From Dicyema japonicum (Eukaryota; Animalia; Dicyemida): 64,000 nucleotides of DNA. The stretch covers positions 1,105,652 through 1,169,651 of the forward strand of contig RDEW01000009.1 of assembly GCA_011109175.1 (NCBI GenBank), read 5' to 3'. How positions within the stretch are numbered: the first letter of the stretch is position 1; each line of letters begins with the position of its first letter. Below the pieces are notes generated by a model, which saw only the letters and a program-made list of their open reading frames with translations, made no database searches and was not told where the DNA came from. The position numbers were made by a program, and so were the translations under genes. Of the stretch, positions 53,089 through 64,000 are shown in pieces.

Positions 53089-54715
53089 TTAATTCCTTAG
53101 TGTAAGTCTAACATTCGAATCAAGAGGACTCTGAACGAAAGATAAAGTATTTGGTTTTATTGGTTTATCATTGATGAGTTCAAACTTGAATTTTTGAATC
53201 AAATAAGCCCATGTAGTCTTTATTTGAAGTTTTGCGTAAATTTCCCCAATACATCGATGAGTCCCATACCCAAAGGGAATATATGCACATTTTCCTTCTT
53301 TATCCTCGTCAAAGTCAATAAATCTAATATTAAAATGAATAAACCTATCCGGGTTAAATTCCTCTTTGTTATGCCAAACATTTTTCAAATAATGATTCAC
53401 AGAGGCAGACACACATACAATGTCTCCCGCAGGGATTTCATAGCCCAGGACATTCTGCAATGATATTTTTAGTACTGTTTTGGTTCTGCACATTCTCATC
53501 AAACAAGCAAACGGAGGTCTCAAGCGGAGAGTCTCCGACAAACATCGGTCCAGAAGATTCATTTCCTTTAAATTATCATAAGTAATTTCTTCGAAATTGT
53601 CTCCTCGAATTCTGATTTGTTCAGCATACAATTCATCCTTATATTTAGTCGTACATAAAACTTGAATATTTTGATTTTCAGAAATGAATATTCCAAGCCA
53701 AGCAGCAATCGACGCTGATGTTCTTTTTCCGGCCACGAGCATTCCGATTATCATGCAAATCATTATATCGTCAGAGATTTTTGTTCCGTCTCTTAAATTA
53801 CAACAGCATTTAACTTGTATCTAAAATCAAGAAAGATTTTGATCATATCCATCTTCCTTACCCGAGAATTACGTCTTTTGTTAATCACATCCAGAAACAG
53901 GTCAAACAACTTTTTATGAGCCACATCTCGTTTTCTGTACAAGTTTTAAAAGTAACCTTCTTATCTTCAGTGGAAACCATTCTGGAAGGATGTAAACTAA
54001 CAGAGTGAATGAATTGTCAATATCCAGTAAATATTGCCTCATCTCGTCATTAACCAGGTCTCTAATTTCTTCACCGAGGACAGCAAGGAAGAGGTATTGA
54101 TGAAGAGGTCATTGAAATTATCGAAGAGGTCTAAATTTTTAAAATTCTAAACTTATTGTTTCACTAGTTATCCTTAAAAAATAATTTTCGACTTCAAGTT
54201 TTATTTTCGGCACAAATATTTCAAGGTAGACTGGGGTGAACGTCGAAAGAGCAAGTTTCTTGTGCTGTCTGAATATCTACAGATTCAATTCACTCCAAAC
54301 GTGCTCTGGTGCGTCATAAATTGCCCCTTTTCCAAAAATTGGGGTAATTAATTTGGAATAAATTTCTTCAATGTTCATATCCGCATTGGAACTGCAGAAA
54401 AAAATTTGTGAAGCTTCACATCCCACAAGGAGAGTGAATGACTTGCCACACATCGTGAAAGTCGAAACTGGACCATACAATTTTATATTAACTAACTAAA
54501 CTTTTTCATAAACTGAAATTAAAAAATTTGACGTGTCGGTTACAAACGGCCATAGTGAACCAATGAATGGAATATTATGCGGAATCCTCGGGGGTGATTT
54601 CTTTATTAAACAAATATGTCAACATTGGTTTTTCTGGTGATTTTAAAATAGGCAAATATTAAACATCTTAATATAATAGTGATCAAATATAATAAAATTT
54701 CTTCACTACCAACAT
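53089..54715 (-). CDS. CYP51: Sterol 14-alpha-demethylase-like cytochrome P450, copy 1; nine micro-introns
   Basis: N-terminal TM helix, KSPPRIPHNIPFIG, YEK|YGPV, YSKLITPIFGKGAIYD, ETLRLRPP, FNPDRF, PFGYGTHRCIGE; two single-base indels relative to the two-copy consensus. Confidence 0.9.
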
Positions 54716-55754
54716 TTGATTTCTGTGTTTATCAATTTTTTATTTTATTATTTAAAATTAATTTTATTAAAAAATAATTAATTTTTATCAAAATCACCAT
54801 CATTAAAAACAAAGCAGTTAACTACTAACGGTTTTCTCAAATCGAGAAACGCATTCTCCTGACGATCTGCAAGAATATATCAGTTGGTTATTCATGGATG
54901 ATGAAATTCAAAATGGAAGACGGGAAAAAATTGAAAACCACTGTTTTAGAAGCATATTCGGTTCGGCTGTTGTTTATAAGCAGTGTTGGTTCTTAATTAA
55001 ACTGATGACTTTCAATAGTGAAACAATTGTAGACGACTTAATTAATGAAAAAACTGAGGAGATTAATGTCCATATATGGGAAAATAGTATATTCTCTGAT
55101 TAGACGAAACCACGTGGAATAAATTTTTTTGACGAAACGCGACAACAATTAGACTATTTATGAAAAACTTAACAAAGTCGGGAAAGATGAGAAGGATGAA
55201 ACTGGAAACGACATTAGAATACGTTATTTCTCATACCTTTAAGATTCACATTCTCTTATGGGTTAATATAAGTATTTTTGCTTCTTAGTTCTCTGGGCTG
55301 TTGCTTTATAGTCATTAAATCGTATTATGATAGGATAGTATAGAAACGTCCTAATATACGCCGATAGCCATACTAGGAAAACAAAGGGAGATATCAGGAA
55401 AAGTATTGAATGATTAACACGTAAAAAGCATCGAATGAGTAAAATTGAATAACTAAAAAAACCAAATTCGCAAAATCTTATATAATTTGCAAATCTCGAA
55501 AACGTGTGGCACAAACGAGACCTTAGTTAATATAACGTCCCTTGGTTCTGTGAAAGTGATAATGATATGAGGGGTAGAACGTAGTAATCAATAACTTGAC
55601 AAAGGTTGGAGAGGGAATTAAATCCCCATTAAGAGTTAGATAGATAAAAAGTTAGTCTTCTATTTAAAGTAAAATCCTTGACAGAAATTTAGCGACGAAT
55701 ATTTTATTTATTTAATACCAAGAATCACCGACAAAATAAAAAAAAGTGGGGCCG

Positions 55755-55997
55755 TCAGGTGATCCCTGTCTCCTTAAGCAGTTGCATCATCCTTTCTCGG
55801 TGTTCCTCCCGAGAGCCGACAAACTTCCTGTATGGATGAATCACTTTTCGGAAATTTTGAGGTTTCAGCGGGGCTCCCGTTGTCCTCACGAGTTCCTCAA
55901 ACGGGTTTGGCTTTAGTGGCAAAGAGAACCTTTGTATGACCCTCGTTGCAATCTTTTGGAAGGAGAATTTAAAAATATTAAATAAATAATAAAACAT
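55755..55997 (-). CDS. Orphan small basic protein (start uncertain)
   Basis: GC-richer ORF with identical protein in both duplicated copies and a diverged paralog at 26178. Confidence 0.55.
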   Translation of the reverse strand: MFYYLFNIFKFSFQKIATRVIQRFSLPLKPNPFEELVRTTGAPLKPQNFRKVIHPYRKFVGSREEHRERMMQLLKETGIT

Positions 55998-56034
55998 AAA
56001 ACATTATTCTTTTTAAATTAATATTGCTTATTTA

Positions 56035-57011
56035 ATGATTCCTGCCGACGTGGAATTTAAGGTTTATGGCTTTAATTACACTTAGCTTTTCAATTACATC
56101 AAAGACATTTCAAATGAAGTCGTTCAAGAATGTGATAATGTCATAAATAAAGTCAATCATCTCAATCAGCAGACACAAGTACATGAATATTAACGAAAGA
56201 TGGTTGACGTGCAGTTATGCAACGCTGTTAATCAGCTAGATATTCTCTCAGATTATAATTTCATCGAAAACGTAGAGTTCTTGTTATTTCAGAGGGTTGA
56301 GGAGATTGAGAACTCCACTGTATCCCAAGCCGGAAATCCACCCGTACACCCGTTACTTATGTTCTAGGAAACTACAGAAATCGACGGTTCCGAGCAGACT
56401 CGGCTATTCTTGCAGTTCGCAATGCATGCGGTGAACCGGTGCTACGTTAAACTTGACCTGGAATACTGTCTGTATGAAGGAAGATCTCATGGAGGACTCT
56501 GAGGAGGAGATGGATGTCTTCAATGCCTATGGTATTCTGGATGTGTACACGAATCGACCTCTTCCGTTTGTAATTGGGACCGATGACTTTGAAAATGACT
56601 ACTTTATCGGTGTTTCTAACTACAACGACGATTCCACGGAATTGGGATCAATTTGTATCATTTATTATTCATTTAGCTGATAAAAATGAGGTTAACTCCA
56701 ACGCGTCAAGATCTCTGGTTGACATGTGGTTTTATGTTAGTCCCTATCTCTGGATAGTCTGATTGAGGATCTCATCGACGAGTCCAGGACAGGTTTCTGT
56801 TTTTAGTTGACGTTTAGAAAACGGAAAGCCACACAGATTAGCGGAAAAACACGGTAATTTTGATTTATCACGATAGCCTTCATGAATTCGATATTCAACG
56901 ACGACATTTCCGATGACTTCTTTGAAGATGATTTCGACAAGGAAGAGATCCTTGAAAAAGTTTAACTTGGTTCCTGATTTTAGAAAAAACCAGTCAATTA
57001 TAAGAATATCA
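56035..57011 (+). CDS. WASHC2: WASH complex subunit 2 (FAM21) N-terminal part, cut by the duplication junction
   Basis: Spliced: ADVEFK-LFNYIKDISNEV..NAVNQLDILSDYNFIEN-RV and DVYTNRPLPFVIGTDDF, matching the FAM21 head motifs (LS..QFIENRV; RPLPYLIG); introns of 21-25 nt. Confidence 0.8.
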
Positions 57012-57069
57012 AACATTTTTTAATTGCTCGCTTTTGCGAATTGATGCATTGTCACAAATCAATACCATG

Positions 57070-59000
57070 CGTGTCCATTCAAAATGGCCTCTTTCAAAAT
57101 GGCCTCCATTCAAAATGGCCTCCATTCAAAATGGCCTCCAATTTAATTTTTTCAGGTTTTGGATATGTTCATCAATAAACATCACGAGATTTTAGCGAAA
57201 CGACATCTTTAGGTAAAAAAGTCATCTTTTTTAAATCTTATAAAAATTGATTTTACCAAGGTCCTCGACATCTTTAGGTAAAAAAGTCATCTTTTTAAAT
57301 CTTATAAAAATTGATTTTAAGAAGTCCTATGGGTAAGTGGAACATTTTACCAAGGTCCTCGACATCTTTAGGTAAAAAAGTCATCTTTTTTAAATCTTAT
57401 AAAAATTGATTTTAAGGGTCCTATGGGTAAGTGGAACATTTTACCAAGGTCCTCGACATCTTTAGGTAAAAAAGTCATCTTTTTTAAATCTTATAAAAAT
57501 TGATTTTAAGGGGTCCTATGGGTAAGTGGAACATTTTACCAAGGTCCTCGACATCTTTAGGTAAAAAAGTCATCTTTTTTAAATCTTATAAAAATTGATT
57601 TTAAGGGGTCCTATGGGTAAGTGGAACATTTTACCAAAGTCCTTCAAACCCTAATGATTTTAAAATACTAATTGACTTGGAATAAATTAATTATTTTTAT
57701 TAAAACTAAATTTAATAAGTTATTGTCTCTTTTAATTTCTTTTATTATAATAAAACTTTTGAATAATTTAATTAATTAATTGATTCACTATTGCATGCCG
57801 TTTCTTGTTAACCAAAAGGGAAATAGAAGTTTAGAACATGATGGAAATCTTTATCATTTAAAATACAGGAAGGACATATCACATATTGGAGGTGCTCAGA
57901 TCGTACTTGTCCTGGATCTGTAAAAACTATTCAATCCTGTGATGAAGTTTGGAGTCTGAAGCAACATAATCATCTTCCAAGGAGTGAATTTGTCAGAGAG
58001 CCTTAATACGGGAGGACATAAAGCAGATTTTCCTGTGATTTTAACTCCATTATATCAATATTTCTTGATCAATTATATCGCAAATCAAGAAAATGGATTA
58101 ATTCCAAGATTTCCAATTAATTATTGGAATAATCTGGATAATCTATATGAGGACTTACCTCGGACAAATAACTCCATTGAAGGCTGGCACAACGTTTTTA
58201 GAAGTACATTTGGGTCACTAAACAAGACGCCAAGAAATTTTGTAAAGAAATTGATAAAAGAAGAAGGCATAATGATTAAATTCTTAAGATTACAAAATGG
58301 AGAAAAAATTCTTAGAAAAACTAAATATATCGCTTTATCTGAGAATATATTGAGATTTGTTCAAGAACAAATATTACTTAATATGGATCCGACAGACTAT
58401 ATATTCAATTTAGTAGAATATGTGTTCTATTAACATTTATAATCATTTTCCTTTTTTTCTTTTGAAAATAAATATTTCATTTTAAACTTATATAAAAATA
58501 TTAAAAAGATGACTTTTTTACCTAAAGATGTCGAGGACCTTGGTAAAATGTTCCACTTACCCATAGGACCTGTTAAAATCAATTTTTATAAGATTTAAAA
58601 AGATGACTTTTTTACCTAAAGATGTCGAGGACCTTGGTAAAATGTTCCACTTACCCATAGGACCTGTAAAATCAATTTTTATAAGATTTAAAAAGATGAC
58701 TTTTTTTACCTAAAGATGTCGAAGACCTTGGTAAAATGTTCCACTTACCCATAGGACCCGTTAAAATCAATTTTTATAAGATTTAAAAAGATGACTTTTT
58801 TTACCTAAAGATGTCGAGGACCTTGGTAAAATCAATTTTTATAAGATTTAAAAAGATGACTTTTTTACCTGAAGATGTCGAGGACCTTGGTAAAATATCT
58901 CGTGATGTCTATTGATGAACTTATCCAAAACCTGAGAAATTTAATTGGAGGCCATTTTGAATGGAGGCCATTTTGAAAGAGGCCATTTTGAATGGGAACC
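57070..59000 (+). mobile_element. Foldback-like MULE with long modular TIRs and internally deleted FLYWCH transposase
   Basis: TSD ataccatg (57062-57069 and 59001-59008), single copy at the empty site ~51346; 16-bp terminal repeats ccattcaaaatggcct; ~94-bp subterminal repeats; YWRCSDRTCPG..HNH and LPRTNNSIEGWHN. Confidence 0.92.
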
Positions 59001-59008
59001 ATACCATG

Positions 59009-59944
59009 TCTTTAAATATAATATATAACCATACTTTTTTTCCTTGCATGTTCAAGCTTATAATTAAGCTGTATTACAAAATCAATGAACGTCTCCGCGC
59101 AATAAGGAAAGGAATTGATTTCGTAATGTAAAAGGCCGTCAACAGAAATAGCAGCACAAATAGAGAAATTTTTCTCTCTTATGTTTCTAGTACATTTTTT
59201 CGGAGTAATTCCTTTTATAGATCTTCCAAATTTGGATCTCATCAAACAATTGACTCCCATTTCGTCTATAAAAATAAGCCGTTGATTATCAACTTCAATT
59301 ATTTTTCTGGAAGATCTATATCTTTCTTCCATATTTATTGTAGAATTTCTCGCCATAGGTACAAATTGATTTTTTTAAAACTATATCCAAATGTCTCTAG
59401 TGTCCTATTTATCGTCGATTGAGAGACATTTTTTCTTTTCACATCAAATAAAGAATTTTGTAAATTCTTCAGCGTAAATGAAGCATCTTCTTCAATTTTT
59501 TTAGTCAAAAATAAGATGTCCGATGAATTAAGTTTTTTTTCGTCCACAATTATTTCTTGTTGAAGCAAAACTTCTTGTATTTTTGACGATAGAAACAACT
59601 GTCTGGTAGTTAATACATATGTCTTCGCATATTTTTGAATAAGCCAACCTACTTCATATTTATTTATAATAATAAGTTTTCGGTTATCCTCGGTTACAGT
59701 AGTATTTTTGTTTTGGTAACTATTCATTTAATTCATTTTGCGCTAAAATTTGTTTTTATAGGAACTTAATAATCCAATAAATATAAATAATGATCCCAAA
59801 AATATAAATAATAATCCCAAACATATAAATAATAATCCCATAAATAATTTACAAAGTTATTAAACATTTTGACAAAGTTATTAAACTTTATGACAAAGTT
59901 ATTAAATTTTATGACAAAGTTATTAAATAAATAGGAAAACCCTG
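59009..59944 (-). mobile_element. IS630/Tc1 family B, partial second copy (also 57012-57069)
   Basis: Near-identical to 51350-52315; only one TIR present. Confidence 0.9.
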
Positions 59945-60718
59945 TATACATTTATTTATAATAAAATATAGTTAAAAATCATTTTAATGATTATTTATTT
60001 ACTATTATTAAATTTTAATTTTTTTTAACCTAGTTCCCAGGGAAAATCACGGGAGTGAATCCAGCCACGCTCCGCTCCCGTGGTTGGCGGCTGACACGAA
60101 GCATGAATGACGATGCTTGTTGGCCTCAGACTCTTGCACGTCGAAGATATTCTTGGAGTAGATCTCATCCTAGTCTTGTTGCCTCGAACGATCATTTGGC
60201 ATATCAAAACCAGTTTCACACCATTCGCGACGAGCTTCGTCAAAGACTTTTTTCCCAAGAAAGTCCAGTTGGAAGACGTAGGATATCTTGGACCAAAATA
60301 CTTCCACTTGAGAGCGCCGACCTGAGACCCGTGCCTCCGAGACGTGTAGGAAGCTTGCATTGATTTATTTATTATAATGAAAAACAAAAAAATAAGAGAA
60401 ACTTAATTATTTAATCACCGTCTTTAATTTTGGTAACAACTATTTCCAGAGGATTTACATCTGTTTTTGGATAAAATTTTAGACATGTCGGGCTCAGCTA
60501 TTCGTGTAGTTCCGACTTTTATTAAAGCAAATAAATTTTCATCAGTGTTCCTTTTGTCCCATCCGACAAATACACAAGTATGTCACATTCGAAATGATAA
60601 GCTGTCAGTCCTGATAAGATTGTAGACGAAGCTTTTCAGTTTAACGAGTCTTAATCAAATGAAAAGAGTTATAGTGGACTTGGTTAGATGAATATTTTGT
60701 TAAGTATTAAAGTAAACA

Positions 60719-62348
60719 TTAATTCCTTAGTGTAAGTCTAACATTCGATTCAAGAGGACTCTGAACGAAAGATAAAGTATTTGGTTTTATTGGTTTATCA
60801 TTGATGAGTTCAAACTTGAATTTTTGAATCAAATAAGCCCATGTAGTCTTTATTTGAAGTTTTGCGTAAATTTCCCCAATACATCGATGAGTCCCATACC
60901 CAAAGGGAATATATACACATTTTCCTTCTTTATCCTCGTCAAAGTCAATAAATCTAATATTAAAATGAATAAACCTATCTGGGTTAAATTCCTCTTTGTT
61001 ATGCCAAACATTTTTCAAATAATGATTCACAGAGGCAGACACACATACAATGTCTCCCGCAGGGATTTCATAGCCCAGGACATTCTGCAATGATATTTTT
61101 AGTACTGTTTTGGTTCTGCACATTCTCATCAAACAAGCAAACGGAGGTCTCAAGCGAAGAGTCTCCGACAAACATCGGTCCAGAAGATTCATTTCCTTTA
61201 AATTATCATAAGTAATTTCTTCAAAATTCTCTCCTCGAATTCTGATTTGTTCAGCATACAATTCATCCTTATATTTAGTCGTACATAAACTTGAATATTT
61301 TGATTTTCAGAAATGAATATTCCAAGCCAAGCAGCAATCGACGCTGATGTTCTTTTTCCGGCCACGAGCATTCCGATTATCATGCAAATCATTATATCGT
61401 CAGAGATTTTTGTTCCGTCTCTTAAATTACAACAGCATTTAACTTGTATCTAAAATCAAGAAAGATTTTGATCATATCCATCTTCCTTACCGAGAATTCC
61501 GTCTTTTGTTAATCACATCCAGAAACAGGTCAAACAACTTTTTTATGAGCCACATCTCGTTTTCTGTACAAGTTTTAATAGTAACCTTCTTATCTTCAGT
61601 GGAAACCACTCTGGAAGGATGTAAACTAACAGAGTGAATGAATTGTCAATATCCAGTAAATATTGCCTCATCTCGTCATTAACCAGGTCCCTTAATTTCT
61701 TCACCGAGGACAGCAAGGGAAGAGGTATTGATGAAGAGGTCATTGAAATTATCGAAGAGGTCTAAATTTTTAAAATTCTAAACTTATTGTTTCACTAGTT
61801 ATCCTTAAAAAATAATTTTCGACTTCAAGTTTTATTTTCGGCACAAATATTTCAAGGTAGACTGGGGTGAACGTCGAAAGAGCAAGTTTCTTGTGCTGTC
61901 TGAAAATCTACAGATTCATTTCACTCCAAACGTGCTCTGGTGCGTCATAGATTGCCCCTTTTCCAAAAATTGGGGTAATTAATTTGGAATAAATTTCTTC
62001 AATGTTCATATCCGCATTGGAACTGCAGAAAAAAATTTGTGAAGCTTCACATCCCACAAGGAGAGTGAATGACTTGCCGCACATCGTGAAAGTCGAAACT
62101 GGACCATACAATTTTATATTAACTAACTAAACCTTTTCATAAACTGAAATTAAAAAATTTGACGTGTCGTTTACAAACGGCCATAGTGAACCAATGAATG
62201 GAATATTATGCGGAATCCTCGGGGGTGATTTCTTTATTAAACAAATATGTCAACATTGGTTTTTCTGGTGATTTTAAAATAGGCAAATATTAAACATCCT
62301 AATATAATAGTGATCAAATATAATAAAATTTCTTCACTACCCAGACAT
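60719..62348 (-). CDS. CYP51: CYP51-like cytochrome P450, copy 2
   Basis: Same exon structure and motifs as copy 1, with a few substitutions and different single-base indels. Confidence 0.9.
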
Positions 62349-63403
62349 TTGATTTTTGTGTTTATTAATTTTTTTATTTTATTATTTAAAATTAATTTTT
62401 ATTAAAAAAATTAATTAATTTTTATCAAAATCACCATCATTAAAAAAACTAGCAGTTAACAACTAACGGTTTTCTCAAATCGAGAACGCATTCTCCTGAC
62501 GATCTGCAAGGAAATATATCAGTTGGTTATTCATGGATGATGAAATTTCAAAATGGAAGACGGGGAAAAAAGATTGAAAACCACTGTTTTAGAAGCATAT
62601 TCGGTTCGGCTGTTGTTTATAAGCAGTGTTGGTTCTTAATTAAACTGATGACTTTCAATAGTGAAACAATTGTAGACGACTTAATTAATGAAAAAACTGA
62701 AGAGATTAATGTCCATATATGGGAAAATAGTATATTCTCTGATTAGGACGAAACCACGTGGAATAAATTTTTTGACGAAACCACGCGACAACAATTAGAC
62801 TATTTATGAAAAACTTAACAAAGTCGGGAAAGATGAGAAGGATAAACTGGAAACGACATTAAGAATACGTTATTTCTCATACCTTTAAGATTCACAATTC
62901 TCCTTATGGTTAATATAAGTATTTTTGCTTCTTAGTTCTCTGGGCTGTTGCTTTATAGTCATTAAATCGTATTATGATAGGATAGTATAGAAAACGTCCT
63001 AATATACGCCGATAGCCATACTAGAAAAACAAAGGGAGATATCAGGAAAAGTATTGAATGATTAACACGTAAAAAGCATCGAATGAGTAAAATTGAATAA
63101 CTAAAAAAACCAAATTCGCAAAATCTTATATAATTTGCAAATCTCGAAACGTGTGGCACAAACGAGACCTTAGTTAATATAACGTCCCTTGGTTCTGTGA
63201 AAGTGATAATGATATGAGGGGGTAGAACGTAGTAATCAATAACTTGACAAAGGTTGGAGAGGGAATTAAATCCCCATTAAGAGTTAGATAGATAAAAAGT
63301 TAGTCTTCTATTTTAAGTAAAAATCCTTGACAGAAATTTAGCGACGAATATTTTATTTATTTAATACCAAGAATCACCGACAAAATAAAAAAAGTGGGGG
63401 CCG

Positions 63404-63646
63404 TCAGGTGATCCCTGTCTCCTTAAGCAGTTGCATCATCCTTTCTCGGTGTTCCTCCCGAGAGCCGACAAACTTCCTGTATGGATGAATCACTTTTCGG
63501 AAATTTTGAGGTTTCAGCGGGGCTCCCGTTGTCCTCACGAGTTCCTCAAACGGGTTTGGCTTTAGTGGCAAAGAGAACCTTTGTATGACCCTCGTTGCAA
63601 TCTTTTGGAAGGAGAATTTAAAAATATTAAATAAATAATAAAACAT
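63404..63646 (-). CDS. Orphan small basic protein, copy 2
   Basis: Translation identical to 55755-55997. Confidence 0.55.
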   Translation of the reverse strand: MFYYLFNIFKFSFQKIATRVIQRFSLPLKPNPFEELVRTTGAPLKPQNFRKVIHPYRKFVGSREEHRERMMQLLKETGIT

Positions 63647-63683
63647 AAAACATTATTCTTTTTAAATTAATATTGCTTATTTA

Positions 63684-64000
63684 ATGATCCCTGCCGACGT
63701 GGAATTTAAGGTTTATGGCTTTATTTACACTTAGCTTTTCAATTACATCAAAGACATTTCGAATGAAGTCGTTCAAGAATGTGATATTGTCATAAATAAA
63801 GTCAATCATCTCAATCAGCAGACACAAGTACATGAATATTAACGAAAGATGGTTGACGTGCAGTTATGCAACGCTGTTAATCAGCTAGATATTCTCTCAG
63901 ATTATAATTTCATCGAAAACGTAGAGTTCTTGTTATTTCAGAGGGTTGAGGAGATTGAGAACTCCACTGTATCCCAAGCTGGAAATCCACCCGTACACTT
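63684..64000 (+). CDS. WASHC2: WASHC2/FAM21 copy 2, 5' part (continues beyond the window)
   Basis: Same exons and introns as the copy starting at 56035. Confidence 0.8.

Larger units (their letters stand above)
51296..57011. repeat. Tandem segmental duplication, copy 1 (~5.7 kb)
   Basis: Near-identical to the sequence starting at 57012; shared start aacattttttaattgctcgc. Confidence 0.92.
57012..64000. repeat. Tandem segmental duplication, copy 2 (interrupted by a MULE; runs past the window end)
   Basis: Colinear with 51296 to ~56350. Confidence 0.92.

Noticed and set aside
57200-58900. Repeat arrays resembling CRISPR (also 8030-8160, 49470-49580, 51070-51170)
   Set aside because: There are no unique spacers, the arrays are mirrored as transposon TIRs, the context is eukaryotic and there are no cas genes.
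61270-61295. Apparent frameshift splitting CYP51 copy 2 (ORFs 61198-61392 and 60719-61261)
   Set aside because: The indel lies inside a micro-intron (23 nt versus 24 nt in copy 1).
1-64000. Ciliate origin or alternative genetic code suggested by tiny introns
   Set aside because: Conserved exons translate with the standard code; TAA (CYP51) and TGA (NXF1) both serve as stops.

Overview
AT-rich eukaryotic genomic DNA using the standard code, with extremely short spliceosomal introns (about 21-30 nt, nearly all GT..AG). The genes look metazoan, so a reduced animal parasite such as a dicyemid or myxozoan is plausible, but I cannot assign the taxon. Most of the window is decayed transposons: hAT (Buster/Charlie, DUF659-type), IS630/Tc1, pogo, MULE/FLYWCH, Helitron, an rve integrase, and CRE-, R4/Dong-, RTE- and Jockey-like non-LTR elements. 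Recognisable host genes are NXF1/TAP, eIF6, CYP51 (two copies) and WASHC2/FAM21 (two copies), plus a probable EF-hand/WD40 gene and a few unidentified multi-exon genes. The last 12.7 kb is a ~5.7 kb tandem duplication (51296-57011, then 57012 to the window end); a foldback-type MULE is inserted only in copy 2. The most notable points are: (i) three unrelated DNA-transposon genes carry host-type micro-introns whose removal restores conserved motifs; (ii) both CYP51 copies have an altered I-helix (AGKRTS) and an apparent GT..TG intron; (iii) the duplication creates a truncated, chimeric FAM21; (iv) there is a small orphan protein family ending REEHRERM...GIT*. Many single-base indels look like unpolished long-read errors, so pseudogene calls are tentative. 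All family assignments rest on motif recognition, not database searches.
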